Positions 29,600-37,280 of a stretch of 64,000 nt of DNA are shown here, piece by piece. A program made the translations under genes and the position numbers. Source of the DNA: Candidatus Multivoradales bacterium (GTDB taxonomy: Bacteria; Acidobacteriota; Thermoanaerobaculia; Multivoradales; J023); contig CBDFLE010000006.1 in assembly GCA_965248925.1 (NCBI GenBank), positions 3,968,001 to 4,032,000 of the forward strand, read 5' to 3'. How positions within the stretch are numbered: position 1 is the stretch's first letter; each line of letters begins with the position of its first letter. The notes beneath the pieces were generated by a model that saw nothing but the letters and a program-made list of their open reading frames with translations, did no database searches and had not been told where the DNA came from.

Positions 29600-29740
29600 C
29601 CCAGAGACCAAGCAGTCGGTGCCCGGCGCGGGCCGGGTACCAAGCCAGACGCGAACGAGTCTCTTGCCGGAGATCTCCCTTTGCGGACTCTCCGCACTTT
29701 CTCTCTCTCCAGGGGTCGCTCTGCGACCCCTGCTTCTTTT
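29600..29740 (+). ncRNA. Candidate sigma54-dependent sRNA 2 (~140 nt)
   Basis: 5' hairpin AGAGAC/GTCTCT enclosing GGTGCCCGGC/GCCGGGTACC; TGCGGA-CTC-TCCGCA hairpin; CGCACTT plus a CT tract; terminator. Confidence 0.65.
29710..29740 (+). terminator. Intrinsic terminator of sRNA 2
   Basis: CAGGGGTCGC-TCT-GCGACCCCTG perfect 10-bp stem followed by CTTCTTTT; the T-tract is on the + strand only. Confidence 0.8.
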
Positions 29741-31365
29741 CAGGGAAGTTCGAGCCCGGTCATCCGCATCCGCAAGCCGCTTTTCGAGACTTCGAGTTCG
29801 TCGACCATGGCGTCGAGGTCGCCGGCACAACTCTGCCATGAGGCCATGATCTCGGTGCGGTCGAGGTCGACCGCCTTGCGGACCTGCGCGCATCTTTCGA
29901 TCAAGGTGTAGAGAGAAGGTCTCGAGATGCCCAGCTGCTGGGCGGTGGGCTTGAGTTGCCAACGGTTGTTCCGCAAGGCGGTCCGTAGCTCCTCCTCGTC
30001 GACCTCGGAGGGTTTGCGAAAGCTGCTCGGCTTACGCCGTGGCGCGGCCGCTGCGGTCTCTAGCGCGGTGACCTCTGGCGCCCGTTGGCGGGCCAGGCTG
30101 GCTTCGGCCTCGCGCAGCATGCGCTCGATCTGGGGGCTGATCCTGACTTCCGCCGAGCCCCGGTTGGCCACCACCAGCTGGCGGGCCACGTTGCGCAGCT
30201 GGCGTACATTGCCGGGCCATGGATGGTGGGTCAAGCGGGCAACGATCGATGCCGGCAGCCAGGGGTTGTCAGAGTGAGCGAGTTCCCCCAGACGGTATTC
30301 CTCGCCAGTGCCTCGCAGTTCCTGGCGTAGGAAATGAACAAGCAGGCGGCCGATGTCTTCGCGGCGCTCGCGCAGCGGCGGTACGTTGATCTCGTAGCCC
30401 GACAAGCGATGCAGCAGAGGCTCACGGAACTTGCCGCTGCGGATCGCCGCTTCGAGATCGGCATCGGTGGCGGCGATCAAGCGAACATCGACCCGGTGGG
30501 CTTCTTGGCTGCCGACCCTCTGCACCTCACCGGATTCGAGCACCCGCAGCAGCAGCACTTGCACCTCCGAGGGGGCGTCGCCGATCTCGTCGAGGAAGAG
30601 GGTGCCGCCGTGAGCCCGTGAAAAGTAACCCACCTGATTGCGCACCGAACCGGTGTAGGCACCCTTGGCCGAGCCAAAGAGTTCAGCGGTGGCTAGGGAG
30701 GCCGGGACTGCCGCCAGGTTGACGCTGAGGAAATCTTGCCGCTGGCGCTTGCTGCTCTGGTGAATAGCCTGTGCCACCAGTTCCTTGCCGGTGCCGGTTT
30801 CGCTGCGCAGCAACACTGGCACTTCTAGGTCGGCGACGCGATCGATCTCCTCGCGAACTCTAACGATCGCGTCGCTTTCGCCGATCAGGCCGAATCGGTC
30901 TGCCTTGTAGACCGCTGCCTCGCGGGTCAGATGGAGCAGCAAAACCACTCGGCTGGCGAGCAGCAGCACCACCCCGCGTTGCAGATCATAGGCTGAGATC
31001 AAGTGTTCGTCCTCGATCTCCAGGCCATCCAGCAGCACGTCGCTGCCCCTGGACTCAAGGGTCAGGCGTAGGCCGTCGGTGCGCGTGCTGCGGCTCAAAC
31101 GGAGGGGAGTTCGGCTGAGATAGGGGGATTCCAGCGGCCGCGCCTCGCGCTGCCCGGGGATCGAGAATTCCGGAATCAAACGCGAGACCAAGGCGGGCTT
31201 GCTTTCGGTTAGGCCGTGCAGAAGGGCGCGTTCGCCGACGCGATCGATCTGCGGATGGTAAATAACCGTCAGGACAGGGATCTTGGCCCGCGCCCTGGCG
31301 CGACGCTCAGCAAACTGCGCGCGCAGCTCGGGCGTCAGCTTCTCGACAGTCTCATCTGGTGCCAT
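29740..31365 (-). CDS. Sigma54-dependent enhancer-binding protein (FHA-like N-terminus, AAA+, Fis-type HTH plus extra helical/HTH tail)
   Basis: SETGTGKE, ELFGSAKGAYTGS, TLFLDEIG, WPGNVRQL, TAQQLGISRPSLY. Confidence 0.93.
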   Translation of the reverse strand: MAPDETVEKLTPELRAQFAERRARARAKIPVLTVIYHPQIDRVGERALLHGLTESKPALVSRLIPEFSIPGQREARPLESPYLSRTPLRLSRSTRTDGLRLTLESRGSDVLLDGLEIEDEHLISAYDLQRGVVLLLASRVVLLLHLTREAAVYKADRFGLIGESDAIVRVREEIDRVADLEVPVLLRSETGTGKELVAQAIHQSSKRQRQDFLSVNLAAVPASLATAELFGSAKGAYTGSVRNQVGYFSRAHGGTLFLDEIGDAPSEVQVLLLRVLESGEVQRVGSQEAHRVDVRLIAATDADLEAAIRSGKFREPLLHRLSGYEINVPPLRERREDIGRLLVHFLRQELRGTGEEYRLGELAHSDNPWLPASIVARLTHHPWPGNVRQLRNVARQLVVANRGSAEVRISPQIERMLREAEASLARQRAPEVTALETAAAAPRRKPSSFRKPSEVDEEELRTALRNNRWQLKPTAQQLGISRPSLYTLIERCAQVRKAVDLDRTEIMASWQSCAGDLDAMVDELEVSKSGLRMRMTGLELP

Positions 31366-31386
31366 TGTTGACAGTCTACAGCACCC

Positions 31387-33795
31387 TCAATCGAACAGCG
31401 AAGCCTCGGTCTGTTCGTACCAGTCGACAATACCGGCCCACACCTGCTCGGCGGTTTCGGCGAATTGGAAGAGGTCGACATCCTCCGGGTCGATCACCCC
31501 TTCCGCGGCCAGGAACTCGGCATCGAAGACGCCGCGCCAAAAAGACTCGCCGACCAGGAAGACCGGCAGAGGGCGGACCTTGCGAGTCTGGATCAAGCAA
31601 AGAGTCTCGAACAGTTCATCGAGGGTGCCGTAGCCGCCGGGGAAAGCCACCAGCGCCTTGGCGCGCATCAGAAAGTGCATCTTGCGCATGCCGAAATAGC
31701 GAAATTGGAAGCACAGGTCGGGGGTGATGTAGGGATTCGGGTACTGCTCGTGGGGCAGGGTGATATTCAACCCGAGAGACTCGGCGCCGACATCGTGAGC
31801 GCCGCGGTTGCCGGCCTCCATAATGCCCGGTCCGCCGCCGGTGACCACCATTAAGCGATTGTCCTCGGGGCCGCCGCCGGCTTTGCTCACCAGCTGGCCT
31901 AGGCGCCGCGCCTCGTCGTAGTAGCGACATTTGGCGAGCACCCGCTCGCGGATCGATACCTGGCGTTTCAGGTTATGGTTCTGCGGTTCCTGGGTGAGAG
32001 CTTGGCGGGCCGCCTCCAGCTTTTGCTGGGCGTCTTTCTGCTCGATAACTCGAGTGCCGCCGAAGACCACGATGGTTGAGCGAACGCCGTGTTCGACCTG
32101 CAGCAGCTGGGCTTTGGTGTACTCCAGCTGTAGACGCACGCCGCGCAGCTCCGCGCGCTGCAGCAAGGCGAGGTCGGCGTTGGGTAGGCGGTAGGAAGCA
32201 CTCTCCATCAACGCTTCGACTCTCTCTGGCGCCGCGGCGTCGAGGGTGGCGGATTTGGGTCGACTGTCGGGCAGGGGCTGGCAATGGCGCGGCGGGATCG
32301 GTGACGGCCTCTTGGTTGGCTTGCTGGGTTGAGCTTTGGCGGCCGCTGATTTGCGGCGTTTTGGGCGCGGCGGATCGGCCTTCTTGAGCTCCTCCAGTAG
32401 GTCGATCTCGTCGTGCTGCTGGGGAATGAAAGTCTGGCAGCCGAACTGCTCTTCCAAGTGGCCGGCCAGAGCCTCGGCCGAGTCGGTTTCGCCATGTACC
32501 AAGCAGACCAGCTTGGGTGGTTTCGGCGCACTGGCCACCCACTGCAACAACTCGTCGCGGTCAGCGTGCCCTGACAGGCCGCGGAACGATAGGCATTGGC
32601 ACCGCACCGGGATGTATTGGCCGTGGATCTTGACTTGGCGTTTGCCGTCGGTGAGCTGTCGGCCGCGGGTGCCTGGCGCTTGGAAGCCAGCCAGCATTAC
32701 CAGGTTCTTGGAGTCGGGGGCAAGGCGTTTGAGATGGTGCAGCACCCGGCCGGCGGTCAACATGCCGCTGGCGGAAATTATGATCCGCGGCCCCTTCATG
32801 TTGTTCAGCTCGATCGAGTCCTGCACCGAGCGGTGGAAGTGGACATCTTCCGGGAACAGCCGCAGGCGGCCGTCTTCGAGCACGTCCGGGTCGAGGTTGC
32901 GGCGGTTCAAGAAGCGGCTGTAGATCTTGGTTGCGTTGATCGCCATTGGGCTGTCGATGTGGATCGGGACCTGCGGAATCGAGCCGTCGCGCATCAACCG
33001 CCGCAGCATCAAGCTGACTTGCTGTGAACGGCCGACGGCGAAAGCTGGAATCAACACTGTACCGCCGCGGCCCAGGGTCTTGTTGAGCGGCTTGCCCACC
33101 TGTTCCAGCATGCTGGTGCTGACGTGCTGACGCTGGCCATAGGTCGATTCTAGGATCAAGACATCACAGCTTGGCAGCGGCTTGGGGTCGAGGTGCAGGG
33201 GCATTTCGAAACGGCCAATATCACCGCTGTAGACCAGGCGCAGACCCTGGTTGCGTAGCTTGGCCTCGATTTCGATGAAGGCGGCGCCCAGCAGATGCCC
33301 GGAGTTGTGAAAGCGGGCTCGGATGCGGTCCCCCTTGATCAGCGACAACCAGCGCTCGTAGGGCACGCTGCGGCGCAGAATGAGTGCTTTGGCGGCGTCT
33401 TCAGCGTCGAAAAGGGGCAGCGCGGGCTTGTGTTTGCTAAAGCCCTTCTTGTTGGCGTAGCGGGCATCTTCTTCTTGGATCTTAGCGGCATCGAGCAACA
33501 TCAGCTCGGCCAGCTCGAAGGCCGCCGGGGTCATGTGTACCGGTGCCGTCAAGCCGAGTTTGACCAGCCTTGGCAAATAACCCACATGATCGATGTGGGT
33601 GTGCGACAGCAGCACATGATCGATGCTCTTGCAGTCGAACCCGGGGGATTCCCAATTGCGCAAGCGGAGCTTCTTGCGCCCCTGGAACATGCCGGCGTCG
33701 AGCAGAATGTTGGTCTTGCCGACGCTGAACAGGTGTTTCGAGCCGGTGACGGTGCCAGCGGCACCATGGAATGCTAGACGGATGCTGTTGCTCAA
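31387..33795 (-). CDS. Fusion of an MBL/beta-CASP ribonuclease and a LOG-family (TIGR00730-like) nucleotide phosphoribohydrolase
   Basis: GAAGTVTGSK, HTHIDH, SGHLLG, ESTYG, FAVGR, SGHAD, VHGE; then TGGGPGIMEA and PGGYGTLDE. TTG start at 33795 follows AAGGAG (ORF open to 33888). Confidence 0.9.
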   Translation of the reverse strand: MSNSIRLAFHGAAGTVTGSKHLFSVGKTNILLDAGMFQGRKKLRLRNWESPGFDCKSIDHVLLSHTHIDHVGYLPRLVKLGLTAPVHMTPAAFELAELMLLDAAKIQEEDARYANKKGFSKHKPALPLFDAEDAAKALILRRSVPYERWLSLIKGDRIRARFHNSGHLLGAAFIEIEAKLRNQGLRLVYSGDIGRFEMPLHLDPKPLPSCDVLILESTYGQRQHVSTSMLEQVGKPLNKTLGRGGTVLIPAFAVGRSQQVSLMLRRLMRDGSIPQVPIHIDSPMAINATKIYSRFLNRRNLDPDVLEDGRLRLFPEDVHFHRSVQDSIELNNMKGPRIIISASGMLTAGRVLHHLKRLAPDSKNLVMLAGFQAPGTRGRQLTDGKRQVKIHGQYIPVRCQCLSFRGLSGHADRDELLQWVASAPKPPKLVCLVHGETDSAEALAGHLEEQFGCQTFIPQQHDEIDLLEELKKADPPRPKRRKSAAAKAQPSKPTKRPSPIPPRHCQPLPDSRPKSATLDAAAPERVEALMESASYRLPNADLALLQRAELRGVRLQLEYTKAQLLQVEHGVRSTIVVFGGTRVIEQKDAQQKLEAARQALTQEPQNHNLKRQVSIRERVLAKCRYYDEARRLGQLVSKAGGGPEDNRLMVVTGGGPGIMEAGNRGAHDVGAESLGLNITLPHEQYPNPYITPDLCFQFRYFGMRKMHFLMRAKALVAFPGGYGTLDELFETLCLIQTRKVRPLPVFLVGESFWRGVFDAEFLAAEGVIDPEDVDLFQFAETAEQVWAGIVDWYEQTEASLFD

Positions 33796-33922
33796 GATCG
33801 CTCCTTCCCTCTCCCGGGGATCTCTCACCGCCGCCGCGGTCACGGGGTGGCGCATTTCGAAGTCTTCTTCGTTGTTGCAGGCTAACATGCGATCTGTCTT
33901 TGGCCGCGCCGGATGGTCTCCC

Positions 33923-36160
33923 TCAGACGAGTTCGATCAAGGCACCGTCAGAACGTGCCGGGCAAGTGTGTCCGATCACTGTAGCGGCCGCGTGTCCTGT
34001 GGTTTGCAGCTCGGCGATGGCGCTGCTGGCCGCCGCCGGGTTGAGGCCGATCAGCAGGCCGCCACTGGTTTGCGGATCAAAGAGCAGCTCGCTCCTGGGG
34101 TTGGAAGTCTTGGTCGATGACGTCAGCCGTCGCCGCCCGGCCGCGGTGTTGGTGTCGTGAAAAGTGCTCTTTATTCCCTGTTCTAGCAACTCCAGGGCTC
34201 CGGGCAGGGCCGGTAGACGATCCACTTCCAACCGCGCCGAGAGGCCCGAGGCTTGCAGCATCTCCCCGAGGTGACCAGCAAGGCCAAAGCCGGTGATATC
34301 GGTGGCGCCGCGGGCTCCGTGCCGCAAGGCGATCTGGGCGGCCTGTTGGTTGGTCAGTTGTAGTGAGGCCAGCGTGCTCTCGAGCCAAGAGCCGCGGGCC
34401 CGTCCACGCATGTCGGCTTGCAACAGCACGCCGGTGCCGAGGGGCTTGGTGAGCAATAGGGCTTGCCCTGGTAGCAAGGCATCGATGCGCAGCAGGGGCG
34501 CGGACGAGGGCGCCAGGCCGGAGACTTGGAAGCCCACTAGTAATTCGCCGGCGCTGATCGTATGGCCGCCGAGCAAGGTCACGCCGAGGGGCTCGAAGAC
34601 GGCTGTGGCGCCGGCCAGTATCTGCACCAACACCTCTTCGCTAGTGGCGTCGTCGAGTTCGGCCGGCAATGCCACCAGAGCCAGCGCGTGAGTGGTCTCG
34701 ACACCGGTGGCCCAGAGGTCGGACAGTGCATTGACCGCCGCTACCCGGCCGACCAGGTAGGGGTCGTCGGTGAAGGCGCGGAAGGCATCGATGCTAGAAA
34801 CCAGCAGGTCTCCACCAGGGGTGACTACCACCGCGGCGTCGTCCGGCGTCTCTAAGCCGAGAACCACGCTCGGATCCGGGGTGCCTGGCCTGAGCCGGTC
34901 GAGGGCCCGAGTGAGCACGCTCTGGCCTATCTTGGCGGCGCAGCCACCGCAGGCCATGGGCTCGTCGGAGTCGTCCATTTGTGCCATGTCGGCGAAGAGC
35001 GGCAGCAGCCTACCGGCGCCATCCAGCACCTGAAAACGGCGCATGAAGCGGCGGTCGATCCAGTCCTTGAGCCGCATCACCCAGGCGCCGGCGAAGGAAA
35101 ATCCGCGTTTGCCGCCGATCGCTTCACCGTTGCCCAGATTTAACAGGGTGAGGAAGTCCCTCTGCGGTCGATAGGGCCGCAGCGGTCGGCCATCCAAGGC
35201 GGCCCGTAAGTTGGCTCCCAGGTAGGGGCCTTGACGCACCGCGTAGACCCCGGCCTTGGCGGTGTCGGGATGCTCGATCATGGTGGCACAATCACCCACC
35301 GCGAACAGCTCGTCGTGGCCGACCACTTGCAAGGTCGAGCGGATCTTGACGAAGCCACGCCGGTCGGTGGGCAAACCGGAGTTGCGAAAAATGGGCTGGC
35401 TGATCGCGCCGGTGACCCATAGCAGCAGGTCGGTGGCCAGGCGTTCGCCGCCTTCCAACTCGACCTCGCCGGCGTGGGCTGCCGCCACGCGGGTGTCGCA
35501 GCGCACTTCGATGCCGGCCGTCTGAGCGTGGTGCTCGACCCGCTGCCGCAAACCGTCCGGGTAGTCTGGGAGGAGTTGTCGGCCGGCTTGCAGCAAGCTG
35601 ACCTCGACCGCTGCTCGAGTCTCGGCCAGCAGGCGTTGGCGCAAGGTGAAGGCAAGTTCGACCCCACCGGCGCCGCCTCCCACCACTACTACTCGCAGTG
35701 GCTGGTTCTGCGATCTCTGGCGCAAGCCGACCAGAAGTTCGTCAATCCTTCGCACGAAGCTGGCGATCGGGCGGGTCGGCAAGGAGTGTTGCCGGATGCC
35801 GGGAAGATCCAGACCCGCGACGGTGGAGCCGATGTCGAACGATGCCAAGTCATAAGCGATGTCGGGACGGCCTTCGAGGGCGATCCGGCGGTGCGGAGCA
35901 TCGATGCCAACGGCTCGCGCCAAGATCACCCTAGCGCCTGCTTGGCGGGCTAGCGGCACCACGTCGATCTCGATTTCCGCGGCACTGTACTGGCCGGCGG
36001 CGAAGCCCGGCACCATGCCTGAATAGACCGCTATTGGCGTATCAACCACCAGGGTCAAGTGCAGGTCGCCGCGCGGTTTCATCGTCAGTTGGCGCAGGAT
36101 CTGAACGTGGGTGTGGCCGCCACCCACCAGGACGAGCTCGCGTTGGCTACGGGTATTCAT
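33923..36160 (-). CDS. selD: Selenophosphate synthetase fused to an N-terminal FAD-dependent (NDH-2-like) oxidoreductase
   Basis: LVGGGHTH, YSGMVPG, VGGGAGG, GDCA; then CGGCAAK, DDAAV, GGHT, LTKPLGTG, TDITGFGL, DPQTSGGLL. Confidence 0.92.
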   Translation of the reverse strand: MNTRSQRELVLVGGGHTHVQILRQLTMKPRGDLHLTLVVDTPIAVYSGMVPGFAAGQYSAAEIEIDVVPLARQAGARVILARAVGIDAPHRRIALEGRPDIAYDLASFDIGSTVAGLDLPGIRQHSLPTRPIASFVRRIDELLVGLRQRSQNQPLRVVVVGGGAGGVELAFTLRQRLLAETRAAVEVSLLQAGRQLLPDYPDGLRQRVEHHAQTAGIEVRCDTRVAAAHAGEVELEGGERLATDLLLWVTGAISQPIFRNSGLPTDRRGFVKIRSTLQVVGHDELFAVGDCATMIEHPDTAKAGVYAVRQGPYLGANLRAALDGRPLRPYRPQRDFLTLLNLGNGEAIGGKRGFSFAGAWVMRLKDWIDRRFMRRFQVLDGAGRLLPLFADMAQMDDSDEPMACGGCAAKIGQSVLTRALDRLRPGTPDPSVVLGLETPDDAAVVVTPGGDLLVSSIDAFRAFTDDPYLVGRVAAVNALSDLWATGVETTHALALVALPAELDDATSEEVLVQILAGATAVFEPLGVTLLGGHTISAGELLVGFQVSGLAPSSAPLLRIDALLPGQALLLTKPLGTGVLLQADMRGRARGSWLESTLASLQLTNQQAAQIALRHGARGATDITGFGLAGHLGEMLQASGLSARLEVDRLPALPGALELLEQGIKSTFHDTNTAAGRRRLTSSTKTSNPRSELLFDPQTSGGLLIGLNPAAASSAIAELQTTGHAAATVIGHTCPARSDGALIELV

Positions 36161-36348
36161 TGTCGATGGATCTCGCTCTGCGTGTCCGGCATTGAGGCTG
36201 TTGCTGAGAAGTAGGTGGCAGATTATTCCACGCCGAAGGGCGCGGGTCAGGAGGGGCAGGACCTCTGGTAGTGTTTCGCCGCGACAGCAGAGAGTTGCGG
36301 GTATCACCGACGATACGGGGCCAGCAGAAGATGCGGATGGGTCCAACC

Positions 36349-36522
36349 AACCCACATACCGCGCGAATTTCGGTAATCGCCCTCACTGCCCATGCCATGG
36401 CCGGCGATCGGCAGCACGCGCTAGCCGCGGGTTGTGACGAGTTCGAGACCAAGCCGATCGAGTTCCCCCGCTTACTGGCCAAAATTGCTGCCTTGGTGGC
36501 CAGCGGCGAAGGGGCAGAATGA
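36349..36522 (+). pseudogene. C-terminal half of a receiver-domain protein
   Basis: [31 protein letters not shown] is present; the N-terminal half with the acidic pocket is absent. Confidence 0.7.
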
Positions 36523-37280
36523 GTGATTCGCGCGAGATCGCTGGTGGCCTTGACCGCACCTGGCTAAGCAGCTTGCACCAAGACCTGTCGGCGTCAGTGG
36601 CGCGGCGTCAGTGGCGGCCCTGCGGCAATTTGCTAGCTTGCTCTTCGAAGAAGTCGCGGCCGATGCCCCCGGCGGCTTTGTCGCTGACCTCGGCAAGATC
36701 CGTCGCGCTGGCAGAGCCCGGCGCTGGACGGCAAGGCAGTATGACCCGCCTGACCGACAGCCTGCCGGCGATCCCTGATCTGAGCCGGCCGCAACCCCTC
36801 GAACGAATTTCGGGAAGGGTGCTGGTGGTGGACGATACGCCGCTCAAGCGCGAGGTTCTGACCCATCGGTTGGAGCGTCAGGGGCACCAAGTGGGTACGG
36901 CGGTCAACGGTCGCGAGTCTCTCGAAGAGCTAGAACGCGAGGCTTACGATCTGGTGCTGCTCGACGCGCATCTGTGCTCTTGCTTGGAGAAGAAACAGTT
37001 GCGGGATTGCGAGCAGCTAGGCGATGCCTTCATGGCCGCAGCCGGCCTGCTCGAAGAAGTCGAGAATCCAGTGCTCAGCTGCGTGCGTTGCGGGCTCGAC
37101 ATCATCGCCGCCTGTCGCGGTCTGAGTTCCGGCTGGCAGGTGCGTGTGGGCATCCACTGTGGCGATGTGGTGGGAGGGGTGGTCGGCGACCGCAAGTTCC
37201 TTTTCGACATCTGGGGCGACACCGTCAACACCGCGGCGCGAATGGAAAGTCACGGAGAGGTGGGCAGCGTCATCCTCAGC
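36519..37280 (+). pseudogene. Internally deleted REC-adenylate/guanylate cyclase
   Basis: VLVVDD..DLVLLD jumps to CLEKKQLRD, then to LGDAFM..RVGIHCG..FDIWGDTVNTAARMES; no own stop before the convergent gene. Confidence 0.8.

Noticed and set aside
29173-29740. CRISPR array or tRNA interpretation of the repeated hairpins
   Set aside because: No identical repeats with regular spacers, no cas genes, and no cloverleaf or TTCRA arm.
29298-29962. Short ORFs over the sRNA region (29298-29570, 29308-29493, 29545-29841, 29585-29911, 29591-29962, 29619-29849)
   Set aside because: No convincing RBS; they run through terminators or promoters or overlap the bEBP gene, and the translations are not protein-like.
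34940-34960. Possible selenocysteine recoding in selD
   Set aside because: The active-site residues are ordinary Cys codons (CGGCAAK); no in-frame TGA.
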